Origin: Isurus oxyrinchus
Taxonomy: Eukaryota
Direction of reading: 5' to 3'
NCBI GenBank assembly: GCA_026770705.1
Contig: JANJGN010000017.1
Location: forward strand, 99,634,001 to 99,698,000
Length of the DNA stretch: 64,000 nt
Below are positions 1 through 12,829 of this stretch, in pieces. The number at the start of each line of letters is the position of its first letter. Positions within the stretch are counted from its first letter, which is position 1. The position numbers were made by a program, and so were the translations under genes. The notes beneath the pieces were generated by a model that worked only from the letters and a program-made list of their open reading frames with translations, made no database searches and was not told the origin of the DNA.

Positions 1-670
1 GTAGATAAGGTGGTTAAGGTGGCATATAGGATACTTGCCTTTATTAGCCGAGGCATAGAATATAAGAGCAGTGAGGTTATGCTGGAACTGTATAAAATGC
101 TGGTTAGGCCAAATCTGGAGTCTGGCATGCAGTTCTGGAATCCGTATTATAGGAAGGATGTGATTGCACTAGAGAGAGTGCAGAGGAGATTTACCAGGAT
201 GTTGCCTGGGCCAGAGAACTTTAGTTATGAGAAGAGATTGGATAGACTGGGGTTATTTTCCCTGGAGCACAGGAGATTGAGGGGGGACATGATTGAGGTG
301 TATAAAATTATGAGGGGTATAGATAGGGTAGACCGGAAGGATCTTTTCCCCTTGGTGGAGGGATCAATAACCAGGGGGCATGGATTTAAGGTATGGGGCA
401 GGAGGTTTAGAGGGGATGTGAGGAAGAATTTTTTCACCCAGAGGGTGGTGAGAATCTGGAACTCACTGCCTGAGAGGGTGGTAGAGGCAGAAACCCTCAT
501 AACATTTAAGTAGTATTTGGATGTGCACTTGTGATGCCATGGCATACAAGGCTATGGACCTAGTGCTGGAAAATGGGATTAGAATAGTTAGGTACTTGTT
601 TGACCGGCACAGGCTCAATGGGCCGAAGGGTCTTTTTCTGTGCTGTCGGCCTCTATGACTCCATGACTCA
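1..670 (+). mobile_element. CR1-clade LINE 3' fragment (ORF2 RT C-terminus, 3'UTR, short repeat tail)
   Basis: ORF 10..513 has CR1 ORF2 C-terminal motifs (LVRPNLE..QFWNP, LERVQRRFTRMLPG, RRLRGDMIEVYKI, FFTQRVVRIWNSLP). It ends in the tail ctctatgactccatgactc. Confidence 0.95.
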
Positions 671-689
671 TCTGCCTGCCATAACAACC

Positions 690-870
690 ACACACTCTCA
701 GGCTGCGCATTCCAGATCTTAACTACTTGCTGTGTGAAAAAGCTTTCCCTCATGCTTCTACTGCTTCTTTCATCATTTGCCTTAAAACTGTGCCTTCCTG
801 TTTTCGATCTGTATTCCAATAGCAACAGATTGTTCCTGATCTACTCTGTCCATACCCTTCATTATCTTGT
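690..870 (-). mobile_element. Degraded CR1 LINE fragment
   Basis: Minus ORF reads FFTQQVVKIWNAQPESV, a diverged CR1 ORF2 end. Confidence 0.7.
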
Positions 871-1659
871 ATACCTCTTTTCTGTACCTCTTTTTATAGG
901 GTCATTGGGTAGGAGCAGGCGGGGGTAGGATTAATAGGATAGCTGTTCCAAAATGCCGGCACGGTACAATGGGCTGAATGGATTCTTTCTGTGCCGAATC
1001 ATCAGCGATTCTAGAATGGGCTCAGTTACAAGCGATGCTTTACTTGCACACTAACACACAGGACCTGACCTCACAAACCCCCAAATTATCAACCAAAAGA
1101 ACATTGGTTTGCGCTGCCATATTTTATGCAACATCCTCCTCCCTCTAAGTTCATTAGCAGTCATCAGAACTTGTGCAATCGTTGACATTTGCTCATTTTC
1201 GCTCCTTGTCAAGAGCGCCTTTTACACACCAATTAATCCTCTCCTGCATTAACAAAGCACTTTAGTGCCTGTTAATTGGCCTACTTCATCAAAGTAGAGA
1301 GCTCTTCAACGTATCATTTCCACCTCCAATTCCTCACATCTATTTGGATCAATAGTTTCTGCCCATTCATAGCCTGCATTATTGTTGTCTTCTCATGATT
1401 GAATTGAGACCTGGTTCAGCACATTGGCGTGAATTTATTTGAAAGCAGCAATGTGAATTCACGTACAATTAGCTCAAGAATCCACACCCCTTTCGCCCAA
1501 ACTACTGATGACAATAATAGCACCTCTAAATGCCACGCTGGTTGATAAGGGTTCTCTTAATATAGACAAGGGCATCAAGCCTGGAATCATCTGGTCTGTT
1601 TGGCTCCCCACTGCCACTGTAAACTGAAGCACTCGGAACAGCGGGTAAGGGTTTGAGTG

Positions 1660-2060
1660 GGTACCCCCGCTTTCAATTCGATGCTGTGCAATCCTCCCCT
1701 TGCAGTACTAATGGAGTGCAGCACGGTCAGGAGGTGCCTTCTGTTGGTTGAGACATTAACCGAGGCCCCTTCTGCACTCTCAGGCGTTCGTAAAAGTTCA
1801 CTATCCGGAACAAGAGTAGGGGAATTCTCTGTTGGTGCCCCTCAGCCAACACCACTGATAAAAGATGATCCGCTCAGCATCACACACTGCTGATCACGTT
1901 CCGAAGACGAGCCAGATTGGACTTGAGAGGTTAGCTCCGTTTCTTTTCCACAGACCTGCTGAGTTTTCCCAGCATTTTCTGTTTTCATTTCAGCCTTCCA
2001 GCATCCAGCGTGTTTTGCTTTATCACATGGCAGGTTGAGGGAGCTTTGCCACGGGTCTTG
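1660..2060 (+). mobile_element. Deu-domain SINE (SacSINE1/AmnSINE1-like), interrupted by a short Penelope-type element
   Basis: ggaggtgcc...gagacattaaccgaggcccc...aagagtagggga resembles the DeuSINE central domain and aligns with the 6157-6515 copy. Confidence 0.7.
1897..2022 (+). mobile_element. Short Penelope-type element (single arm) with degenerate hammerhead core
   Basis: cgtt-ccgaaga-c-gagcc..gactt-gaga-ggtt-agct followed by cagacctgctgagttttcccagcattttctg. Homologous to 34449-34674, 44929-45067 and 55961-56076. Confidence 0.7.
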
Positions 2061-2849
2061 GAGGTATGTAGAAAAACTTGACAGGATTTGGCACTTTTGC
2101 TGTGAAGCACATTTCCAGAAAGTTATGACTGCAATCTTTTGAAGGAAAAAGAAAGATGTATATGGCCTGTCTCGATGCTGACTTTGAGCAATTGGCGTCC
2201 TTTCATGGGAGTGGGAAGTACCGTAATTCAGCCACAAGTGACTTATGACAGCCTTTAAGCCTTGTGAGAGGTGCTCCGTAACTCACTGTCGCTGGCAAGG
2301 TATTCTGTTTATTCTATGGGAGTGAATGTTCCCAGGAATCTTAACTCAGCATTCCAATAAATCCCAGGAAGTTCAGATCTGACAACACTGAGGTGATAAT
2401 TCAGTGCAGTGGATAATCAGCATTGGGTGAATTATCACTTCATCAGGGCAGTGAATATATTGTTTGTTCAAACGCGGGCACATGAAAAGTGTCATTTCAG
2501 TTGAATTCAGTTTCTTACAGCCTACCTGGAGCCCTGGTGAACAGGAGCTGCCCTATAGCAGGAAGGACTTTTTAATTAAACACATTTATCTTGCTGTTTT
2601 GACCACTGAACTTTCACATCTTCATGTATTCCAATCCAGCCCAGACTGCCAAAATGAGAGACGAAAGCTGCCTCTCCTGTGAAATGGTTTTGGCAGCCAT
2701 CCTGTTACCAGTTCTTGTGGGTGGAAACTGCCGCTGCCATGGCATTCAGGGTTAATCTTGCCTTCGTAAGAGACCGCAAAATGTACAGTCAGAAATGTCA
2801 GGCCTGTCAGGAGGGGGTTAATTACGTAGGTTTGAAGTTAGGCTGAAGC

Positions 2850-4720
2850 ACGTTGTTGGGACAGTGCAGTGATAGCAGCTCTCAACTTCGAATTCATAAT
2901 GTACCTGTCCTGGGAGTGTTTGATGGGGACAGTGTAGAAGGAGTTTTACTCTGTATCTAACCCCGTGCTGTACCTGTCCTGGGAGAGTTTGATGGGGACA
3001 CTGTAGAGGGTGTTTTACTCTGTATCTAACCCTGTGCTGTACCCGTCCTGGGAGTGTTTGATGGGGACAGTGTAGAGGGAGCTTTACTCTGTATCTAACC
3101 CAATGCTGTACCTGTCCTGGGAGTGTTTGATGGGGACATTGTAGAGGGAGTTTTACTCTGTATCTAACCCCGTGCTGTACCTGTCCTGGAAGTGTTTGAT
3201 GGGGACAGTGTAGAGGGAGCTTTACTCTGTATCTAACCCTGTGCTGTACCTGCCCTGGGAGTGTTTGATGGGGACAGTGTAAAGGGAGCTTTACTCTGTA
3301 TCTAACCTTGTGCTGTACCTGTCCTGGGAGTGTTTGATGGGGACAGTGTAGAGGGAGTTTTACTCTGTATCTAACCCCGTGCTGTACCTGTCCTGGGAGT
3401 GTTTGACAGGGACAGTGTAGAGGGAGATTTACTCTGTATCTAACCCAATGCCGTACCTGTCCTGGGAGTGTTTGATGGGGACAGTGTAGAGGGAGCTTTA
3501 CTCTGTATCTAACCCTGTGCTGTACCCGTCCTGGGAATGTTTGATGGGGACAGTGTAGAGGGAGTTTTACTCTGTATCCAACCCCGTGCTGTACCTGTCC
3601 TGGGAGTGTTTGATGGGGACAGTGTAGAGGGAGCTTTACTCTGTCTCTAACCCAATGCTGTACCTGTCCTGGGAGTGTTTGACAGGGACAGTGTAGAGGG
3701 AGCTTTACTCTGTATCTAACCTTGTGCTGTACCTGTCCTGGGAGTGTTTGATGGGGACAGTGTAGAGGGAGCTTTACTCTGTATCTAACCCTGTGCTGTA
3801 CCCGTCCTGGGAGTGTTTGATGGGGACAGTGTAGAGGGAGTTTTACTCTGTATCCAACCCCATGCTGTACCTGTCCTGGGAGTGTTTGATGGGGACAGTG
3901 TAGAGGGAGCTTTACTCTGTCTCTAACCCAATGCCGTACCTGTCCTGGGAGTGTTTGACAGGGACAGTGTAGAGGGAGCTTTACTCTGTATCTAACCTTG
4001 TGCTGTACCTGTCCTGGGAGTGTTTGATGGGGACAGTGTAGAGGGAGCTTTACTGGGTATCTAATCCCATGCTGTACCTGTCCTGCGAGTGTTTGATGGG
4101 GACAGTGTAGAGGGAGCTTTACTCTGGATCTAACCAGGTGCTGTACCTGTCCTGGGAATGTTTGACGGGTTCAGTGTAGAGGGAGATTTACTCTGAATGT
4201 AACCCCGTGCTGTATCTGTCCTGGGAATGTTTGATTGGGACAGTGTAGAAGGAGTTTTACTCTGTATCTAACCTCGTGCTGTACCTGTCCTGAGAGTGTT
4301 TGATGGGGATAATGTAGAGGGAGCTTTACTCTGTATGTAACCCCGTGCTGTATCTGGCCTGGGAGTGTTTGATGGGGACAGTGTAGAGGGAGCTTTACTC
4401 TGTATCTAACCCCGTGCTGTACCTGTCCTTGGGGTGTTTGATGGGGACAGTGTAGATGGGGCTTTACTCTGTATCTAACTCCATGCTGTATCTGGCCTGG
4501 GAGTGTTTGATTTGGGGACAGTGTAGAGGGAGCTTTACTCTGTATCTAACCAGGTGCTGTATCTGGCCTGGGAGTGTTTGATTTGAGGACAGTGTAGAGG
4601 GTGCTTCACTCTGTATCTAACTCTGTGCTGCACTTGTCTTGCAATGGTTCATGGAATGGTGTAGAGGGAGCTTTTTTCTGCATGTAACCTATGCGGTACT
4701 TGATCTGAGAGTATTTGACA
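2850..4720 (+). repeat. 69-bp tandem minisatellite, ~26 copies, degenerate edges
   Basis: Unit ctgtacctgtcctgggagtgtttgatggggacagtgtagagggagctttactctgtatctaaccccgtg. Period 69 (tacctgtcc at 2902 and 2971). Confidence 0.97.
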
Positions 4721-5207
4721 CTCACACTGGATGACTGAAATTAAAAGTGATCTACTCCTCAGCAGTAATATCCTCGAGCAGGAAAAAAATGAAGCATCAG
4801 GCCAAAGCAGAACTGAATTTTCATTTCTCATGGAGTTCTCCACATATTCAATGGAACATAAATGCACACATCCCAATGTTTGCTGAATCATTGCATCAAG
4901 TGTATAGATTCAGGCAGGATGGGGATGTAACAGGGTCACCACTGATGTGCTGGAAGAATGGCTGGTTCAGTGGTGAAGCACCCCAGGGCTAATGAGCTCG
5001 GCAGATGTCGAGGAGATATTTTTCTGACCATTTTTGTCTGGCTTCAAGAGCTCAAATCTTGGTTTTACTTTTGCTTTGTTTCTTTGGAGAGTTGGCATCA
5101 TAGAAGGCCAAAGTGGGGGAGAGAGAAATATAGGCTTAGAATTTGCGAAATCTACATGTGCTTTTTGATATTTTGTGCTCCATTTTGGCAGAAATTTTAA
5201 CCCACTT

Positions 5208-5607
5208 GGGGGTGTGATGGAATACTTTCCACTTGCCTGGATGAGTGCAGCTCCAGCAACACTCATGAAGCGCAACGCCATCCAGGACAAAGCAGTCTGC
5301 TTGACTGGCACCCCATCCATCCTCTTAAACATTACCTCCTTCCAGCACCGATGCACAGTGGCAGCCGTGTGTACCACCAACAAGATCCACTGGAGCAACT
5401 CATTAAGTCTGCTTCAACATCATCTTCCAAACCTGCAACCTTTGAAGGGCAAGGACAGCAGGTGCATGGGAACACCACTACCTGCAAGTTCCCCTCCAAG
5501 TCACACACCATCCTGACTTGGAACCATATCACCATCCATTCCCGTGTCACTGGGTCAAAATCCTGGAACTCCCTTCTCAACAGCACCAAATGGACTGCAG
5601 TGGTTCA
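5208..5607 (+). mobile_element. CR1/L2-group LINE family B, 3' fragment
   Basis: MEYFPLAWMSAAPATL..IQDKAVCLTG RT C-terminal motif and the shared 3' region caagttcccctccaagtcacacaccatcctgacttgg. Confidence 0.85.
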
Positions 5608-5611
5608 AAAT

Positions 5612-6145
5612 AAGAAATTTACAAATGGATATGGACAGGCTAGGTGAATGGGCCAAAATTTGGCAGATAGAGTTTAACGTGGTTAAGTGTGAGATTATTC
5701 ATTTTGGTCAGAAGAATAAAAAGGCGACTTAGTATTTAAATGGAGAGAAACTTCAGAATGCTTCAGTGCAGAGGGATCTGGGTTTCCTCGTGCATGAATT
5801 GCTGAAAGCTAGTATGCAGGTAAAGCAGGTAATAAGGAAGACAAATGGAATTTTAGCATTTATTGCTAAAGGAATAGAGTATAAAAATAGAGAAGTGTTG
5901 TTGCATCTGTACAAGGCATTGGTGAGACTGTACCTGGAGTACTGTGCACAGTTTTAGTCCCCTTACTTGAGAAAGGATGTAGTTGCACTGGAAACGGTTC
6001 AAAGGAGGTTCAGTAGATTGATTCCAGAGATGCAGGGCTTGTCTTATGATGAGAGATTGAGCAGTTTAGGCCCATACTCGTTAGAGTTTAGATGAGAGGA
6101 GATTTAGTTGAGGTATATAAGATGCTAAAGGGGATAGACAAAGTT
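5612..6145 (+). mobile_element. CR1 LINE ORF2 fragment (frameshifted)
   Basis: LQMDMDRLGEWAKIWQIEFNVVKCEIIHFG, QRDLGFLVHE and LVRLYLEYCAQF motifs. Confidence 0.93.
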
Positions 6146-6156
6146 AACAGATCTTT

Positions 6157-6515
6157 ACTGACACTCCAGTGCAGACCTGAGTGAGTGAGTGCTACGCTGT
6201 CAGCGGCACTGTCTTTCAGGTGAGACTTAAAGCCAAGGCCTATCTACTCTCACAGGTGGACATCAAAGAGCACACAGCACACTTTTGAAGAAGAGCGTGG
6301 GAGTTATCCCTGGTGTCCTGGCAAATATTTGTCCCTCAACCAACATCGCAAAGGGCGAGATTATCTGGCCATTATCACATTGCTGTTTGTGGGAGCTTGC
6401 TGTGCACAAATTAGAGGCTGTGTTTCCTACATTCCAACAGTGATTGCACTTCAAAAGTAAGTCAATGGCTGTAAAGCACTTTAGGGAGTTGTGAAAGGTG
6501 CTATTGAAATGTACA
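6157..6515 (+). mobile_element. Deu-domain SINE
   Basis: gtctttcaggtgagac...gaagaagagc..ggagttatccctggtgtcctggcaaatatt...cacattgctgtttgtgggagcttgctgtgcacaaatt...tgtaaagcacttt..gaaaggtgctat (L2-type tail). Confidence 0.8.
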
Positions 6516-7152
6516 TTCCTCAATATCATATCCTTACCTTTCTTCCTCTTTGCTCTCCCACTTTTGGCATAATTTTTCTGTCCCTTATTTCAGTCCTTCT
6601 AGGGCGGAGGAGTTGAGAGCAAGGTGGGCTTTGCCCAGCATCCAGAGTGGTAACAGTCTACACTTTTAAGGGAGGGCATACATTGCAGTTGTGAATGCTG
6701 GGCTAGAACTCCCCCCATTGCCAGACCAATCATGGCACAGTCCATACATACCTGTGATTACAGGGCAGAAATGGGTAGATTGCAGTCTCAGTACATTGCG
6801 ATCTCAGGCACCAAACAGGGTTGTAGCAGCTGTCCTGGGGGTGCTTGAAAATGAAACTTAGGGCATTAATATCCCTCGTCACAATAAGTACACATAACCC
6901 ACCCCTTCCACTCCCCTCAAAGGGAAATGACCCTTGAGAACAAGACCCATCTTGTACAGGAATTTACTGAGCCTAGCCAGATCAGACTGATTCAATAACA
7001 GAGAGTGATGAACATGAGGAAATATGTGGATCTGTGCAAGCACCAATGGGAATATTGTGACCTGTGGCCAACTTAACCACTCTTCAGCCTACTCGAGTAG
7101 AAAATACCTTGGTTTACCATGATCTTAATCTATTGTACTTGCTGTTGTGGAC

Positions 7153-7513
7153 CAGGTTGCCAACTGTAATTAAATGTATCCCTGGAGGTTTCATTCCATG
7201 AATTGCCCCCAGGCTCCAGCCATTATTGGTCAACACTTCCGTCCTTTTGGCGCACTGTCTTCCTTAGCCAATTGTAAAGCAAAAAGACTCATTACCCAAT
7301 CGGGTGATACTTGACTGTCGGCCAAGCAGCCTTTTTCTCCCTACCCATTTTCAATATTTTGACATCGGGTAAAGAAAAATGTTCAAAGAACATATGAAAA
7401 AATCTTTTTGAATGTCCCAACGATTTTTCTCCAGGGTTGCACACGGCAAGGTCCTGGAGATTGACCTTCAGTTCCTGGAGACTCCAGGTCAATCCTGGAG
7501 GGTTGGCAACTCT
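7153..7513. mobile_element. Non-autonomous DNA transposon (MITE) with GGTTGCCAAC terminal inverted repeats
   Basis: Left caggttgccaac, right gttggcaactct. No coding capacity; TSD not clean. Confidence 0.65.
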
Positions 7514-7774
7514 TAGCGCTGTGGCCTAATATTTGGAGTCTTTGTCACAATGTTAAAGGTGCTATTTAAATGAAATTTGTTTCCATCATTATTGGAGCGA
7601 ATTTCAAACGGGGTACTCGAAGAGTGAGGGACTCTGTCGGGTGTCGGTGGGAAGGGGTGGGCATGGGGCAGGGTGACCCATGAGAATATCTGATATGGTC
7701 AGCCACAAAAATGGTGCAAATATGGCACTTTCCATGGCAGGAGGGCTGCATGCACAACCTGTGTTGGTATTCAG

Positions 7775-8420
7775 GTCATGGTGAATGACAACTATGTTTC
7801 AGGAATAAATGGAAATGGTAGGAGCACCAGTGGAGCAGGAGCAGGAGGGACAACAGGAGCAGATGGAACAGGACGAGGATCTGAACCAGAATCAGTTGCA
7901 GGATCTAGATCATTAGCAAGAGCAGGAGCAGAGGAAGCAGGAACAGTTGGAGAGGCAGGGTCTTGACAGACAGAATTAGGAGAGGGATCCGAATAAGGAT
8001 CAGGAGCAGGATTAGGATCAGGGGCTGGATCAGGTGCAGGTGGAACAGGATCTTGAGGCGGATCTGAATTAGAATCAGATATACGATCTGGATCAGGAAC
8101 CAGAGTAGAAATTCGAACAGGCGTAGAGGAAATTCGGACAGAACCGGGAAGGACAGAATTTGAAGGAAGATCTGAATCAGAGCCGGCATCAGGATCAGGC
8201 ACTGGGATCAGGAGCAGGAGCAGGAGACGCAGGGACAAGGGGAGCAGGGGCAGAAGGGATTGAATCAGAATCAGGATCCTGGGTAGCAGGAGCAGGAGGA
8301 GCAGGAACACAGGGAGGGACAAGAGGAGCTGGGGGCTTGGGGGGGGTGTTGGAAGAGGAACAGGATCAGGATGATAATCGGGATCCCAGTCAGAGGCAGG
8401 ATCAGGAACAGCTGGAGCTC
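7775..8420 (+). repeat. Purine-rich GGA-NCA low-complexity tract, reading as decayed Gly/Ser/Ala-rich sequence
   Basis: Repeated ggatca/ggagca/ggaaca hexamers. The plus frame reads GAGAGG..GSGAGLGSGAGSGAG with internal stops and two frameshifts. Confidence 0.8.
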
Positions 8421-9184
8421 GAGAGAATTTCACAACCAGCACTTTCTTTTGACACCAACAGCTTGGGCTGAATTTCAGTCTAGGTTCCAGGAATTCAATT
8501 CTTCCAATTCACAACATGCCTCCATGCACCCAGAAAGCTAAGGCATTGTGTATTGTTTGAACTCATGTCATATTCTAAGATGTAATTGCCTTGTGCTCTG
8601 GTGGTGTCCAGGGTAATTATGCGCTGTTCAGCACACCATTACTTATTCATGTGAATTTTTACTTTGCATTATTGATGCTAATTATTATGACTAGTTAAAC
8701 ACTGCTGTAGGGAACTGAGAAAAAGCTGTTAATGTGGCATCACAGCAGACTGTTTGATGCCACTTCATCCACCAAGGTAAATTAAGTTTGTTCGTGTACT
8801 TTTCTTTAATGTCTTTTGACAGATTGAGTATGAAGGGATAGAACACGATAAGACCCTAAGGCTGCTCCCCAGGGTTACACATCCAGTGGTGAGATGAAGG
8901 CATGATACATTCAGGTTCTACACCTTTTGAAAAGAAGAGATGTCACAGAAGATGCGAAAACGGAAGTGGAAAGGTGATCCAGGGCACCCTTTTTTTAAGT
9001 TAACCTTTGAATGTAGGACAAGCAGGCACTGGTAGAAATCAGAAAAAGGCCAAGTTCAGGGCTAAGGCCAGAAAGCAGCCATTGCAAGCAGTCTGATTAA
9101 TACCTGCAGGCATTTTCTGTGTAAAGAGTGGAGCCAGGAATTCTGGAAGGAGTCGTGATTCACTGGAATGGTATAAGGGCAGCT

Positions 9185-9300
9185 GCTTAATTGAAGAGGT
9201 AGGTTTTAAGCTGCGCCTTAAAGGAGGAAAGTGAGGGAGAAGGGCCTAGAGGTTTAGGGAAGGAATTCCAGAGCTCAGGGCTTTGGCCATTCGTGATTAA
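9185..9300 (-). mobile_element. L2-type LINE 3' end
   Basis: Minus translation PELWNSFPKPL..SLSSFKAQLKTYLFN, the L2 ORF2 terminus. Confidence 0.8.
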
Positions 9301-9718
9301 AATCAGTGATGGACAAGAAACTAAAGCGATGTATAAAGTTCCTGTTGTTGGTGAAAGGCTGTGATGTGACAGCTGGGTAGCGTGGATGCGAACAATTAGG
9401 TTTCCATCAAAGGGTGAGCAAGATTGGTAAAAATGGCCTTCCTCAGCCCTGCTTGTCTTTATGAATGCAGACCACAAGGTGCAACATGAATCCTGGACAA
9501 TATCTGTTGCCCTTGCTCTTGAGTTGTCTCTGGTGGAGGTGCTGACTCCTAGCTGGAAGGTAACCCAAGGATGTCACCTCCGTCAGGCACATCTCTGCAT
9601 TATTCATGTGCCAGGTTAGACAATGCGTTGGCACACAATTCAACCATGTGGTGCACCGCAGGTCAGTCTGTCCACACACACACACACAGGCCGCAGTTTC
9701 CTTTTCGAGCGGGGCTGG

Positions 9719-10290
9719 TGTTGGATCCTAGTCACCAGTTTGTTGGATCCTGTTCATGTGCTTGTTGTGAGGGGTGGCCGTGTTAGTACTAATGATAGAG
9801 TTGAGTAGCAAACACTTCATAGATAGAAACTCTGTGCTTATTTACAAAGGTACTCAACAGTAACTAAACATGTGCTTACACTTCAAACTCTATTTCTACA
9901 CTCCTCTGCTACTAACTACTGACTACTAACTGCAAAGGTAGCCCACGCTACTCTGCTATTGGATACTGAGATCATGTGATCTTCCGTTATAACATTTTTA
10001 AAGGTGTATTTAATGTCTTGGGTAAATTAGTTCATTGTCCAACCGAACTCTGCTTGCAATCAATAAGGGGAGAGACTGATGTAAGAATAAATTGTGGTGG
10101 TTTATTGAGACATAGGGGAGAGCATCAGATCACATGTGCTCACTCCGAAACCTCCAGACTAGACATAGTTCCCAGTTGCCTGTGCTGTACAGTGATTCGT
10201 CACTGCTGTCACATGATCAGTACACTTGCATTATCTTAAAGGGACAGGGTACCTTACTTTACCACCGTACATTACACATCAGATTACCAC
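9719..10290 (-). mobile_element. Solo LTR (family A) split by a nested ~255-bp insertion (~10010-10265)
   Basis: Reverse complement aligns with the 47683-48000 LTR (agatcacatgatct, ccaatagc, gggctacc). The terminal piece acattacacatcagattac resumes at ~10269. Flanks gctgg/ggtgg may be a decayed 5-bp TSD. Confidence 0.75.
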
Positions 10291-10719
10291 TGGTGGTCGG
10301 GGGAGGCAGTGTCACAGCAGGAACGGATTCTCTGCCCCAATCTTCCAACTCCACCACAGTCTATTTCCCTGGCTCAGGAGATCATTCATGATTAATTTAT
10401 CATGCCTCTCCTTTCCACTTCCAGCAATGCAATTCCCATTGCCAAGAGAGGAGAGCATCCCACCCCCATCCCCAACTCCCAAGTGCAACCTGCCGCTCCT
10501 GAGACGGGGGATCTCCCAGTGGGGGAAAGGGTCCCGAAGGAGTGGCAGCTAATTGGAGGCCTTGGGACAAAATTCAGCCCCCTCTCCACCCCAAGTGTCC
10601 ATAGGTCTACACTTTCAAGATCTAGGATGGAAGGTGGGCTTCCTTCACCTGCAGTTTAAGGCTACAACTGTTGGCACCTTGGTTCATATGGACATCCTGG
10701 AACATTGAGGGAAATTAAA

Positions 10720-11065
10720 GTTTACGATTATGAAAGGATTTGCTAGGGTAGACATGGAGAAGATGTTTCCACTTTCAGGGGACACTAGAACTCGGGGCCG
10801 TAAATCTCAGACAACAGCTTATGAATCTCATAGGGAACTCAGGAGGAACTTCTTTATCCAGAGGGATTTTAGAATGTTCAACTTACTCCCACAGGGAGTA
10901 GCCAAGGCCAATAGCATTGGAGGGAGAGCTGGAGAAGTACGAGGAGGAATGGGATGGAAGGGTTATGTTGATGTGGTGGGAGAGAGAGTGGGAGAAGGTT
11001 CAGGTGAGCATAGACACTGGTACAGGTTTGTTGGGTGAATAACCTGTTTCTGTGCGATAAATTCT
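10720..11065 (+). mobile_element. CR1 LINE 3' fragment
   Basis: MKGFARVDMEKMFPL..RRNFFIQRDFRMFNLLPQ plus 3'UTR. Confidence 0.85.
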
Positions 11066-12524
11066 ACGTAAAGTACTATCTTGTGTTTACCTCTCTCTCG
11101 CTCTCTCTCTTCTGAAAGCCAATATCCAAAGTACAGGGTTCAAGGAGAGATAGAGTCGTAAACTCTTGTTACTATCCTGGTAAATTAGCTCTCGCTTCCC
11201 TCCATTCTACCACCCGTGGTGATTGGTTCAGTCCACACACAAACTCCCTTTCTAAGCAGCTCTGTCTCACCGCTTCCCACCTTCCTTCCTAGCACCCTGT
11301 CTTAGTCCTCACAACCTGCTATGAACCACTCCATCTGTCCTGCTCGCATTCCGTCTTTAACCCTCCGCTCTGTAAAGCACTCCTGGAATTCTTCATTTCG
11401 TGGGGTGGGGATCTGCAGGAACGGAGAACTGGTCCCTGTGGAACGTGCTCGGATGGGCCTCCTCTCACGAATTTCCATTGAAGTCGAACAGATGTCTCGT
11501 CACTTAATACCCACTGGAAAAAAAACCCGTCAAGATAAAGCAGGGACAGGAAATTTCATTCACAAGGGAAACAAAACATGATGAGCTTGGGATAACATTT
11601 TCCTGTCACTAAAGTCAATATCTGCTCAATCAACAGAAGAAAACTAAAATACCTCCAAACCATCAATAAAATATTTTCTAAGAAACAGCAGGATGACACA
11701 GTTGAATGAATTTGTAATCTCCTGCATCACTGACTAGTTATCAATAGGTTATTGTACCACACATGCTAGGTAGACAGAGGTTAAATTGTAAGAGAGTCAG
11801 GCCATCCCTGGAGGCTCTGTTTGATCTACAAATGTCTGACTGCAATTACATTCCTTTGCTCGAGCGTTCGGCGGTGATGCAACATGCTGAATTTAAACAT
11901 CTTGGCTGTACAACTTCCTGGCTTGGCAGCAGCAAGGAGGCCAAATGCACCCTGAGCAGGTTGCGAGTGCAATAAAGCTGACGGTTTTTCACTGGCTGCC
12001 TTAAGGTTGTTGGCAGGTGTTCCGAGTTTGAGCATGTGTCAGCAGGCATCCGCATTCACGTGGGCCCATGCGCGACAGGTCGATCGTTCTGTGCAGCTGA
12101 ACCGCTAGCCCCATCTTGTGAACAACAGCAGGCAAACCCTCCTGCCTGAGCTTTTGACTTATAGGGAGGGGCCCTTTGCAGCAGGCAGTATTCATTCCGT
12201 TTGGCAATCAGCTGTATGGCCCTGGTCACAGAGTAAAAGGCGCATTTGGAACTCTCCGCTGCTGGATTATGTTGAAATCTCGTAAAAATAAATGGGGCGG
12301 ATGCGGGTGGGGTGGGGAAGATCTTGATTTGCAGCCTGGAAAATAACCTGTGGCCTCAGTCCTGGGATTGCTGCAGCCTGCACAATCTTACCCCAGACCT
12401 AACAACGGAAGGCTCAGCAAGGGGGTAGAGTCTCCTTTAAACATCCAAATGAGGACTTCCCCGTTGTTGTGCAATGGAAAGCATCGACTGACTGGAATAT
12501 TCCCACTTCATTGTCAATTCGGAC

Positions 12525-12740
12525 ATAAGAACTTAAATTGGAGCAGGAGAGAACCATTGAGCCCTTCAAGCCAGCTCGACCATTCAACAAGATCATGGTT
12601 GATCTTCTACCTCAACTTGTTGTGCACTATCCCACATCCCTTGATATACAGAAGTCTATTGATCTCAGTCTTGACTATACTCAATGACTAAGCATCCATT
12701 GGCTCCTTTGGGGCCAAGAATTCCAAAGATTCATAGCTCT
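12525..12740 (-). mobile_element. CR1 LINE 3' end
   Basis: acataagaac..ggagcagga..ccatt..gcccttcaagcc..ccattcaacaagatcatgg is the reverse-strand CR1 3'UTR, repeated at 41376, 45535, 51755 and 52805. Confidence 0.8.
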
Positions 12741-12829
12741 TGTTGCCATATGTGGGAGCTTTGGGCGCGAGTAGTTTACAGATGGGTGAAGCTACGCTAA
12801 ATCATATTTTATCTAATCACCAATCTTGG

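Noticed and set aside
2850-4720. CRISPR-like array
   Set aside because: Units are contiguous with no unique spacers, there are no cas genes, and the context is eukaryotic. The same applies to 36240-37520 and 59745-63821.
7792-8442. 216-aa Pro/Asp-rich minus ORF
   Set aside because: It is the antisense reading of a purine-rich repeat, and it changes register midway (poly-Leu segment).
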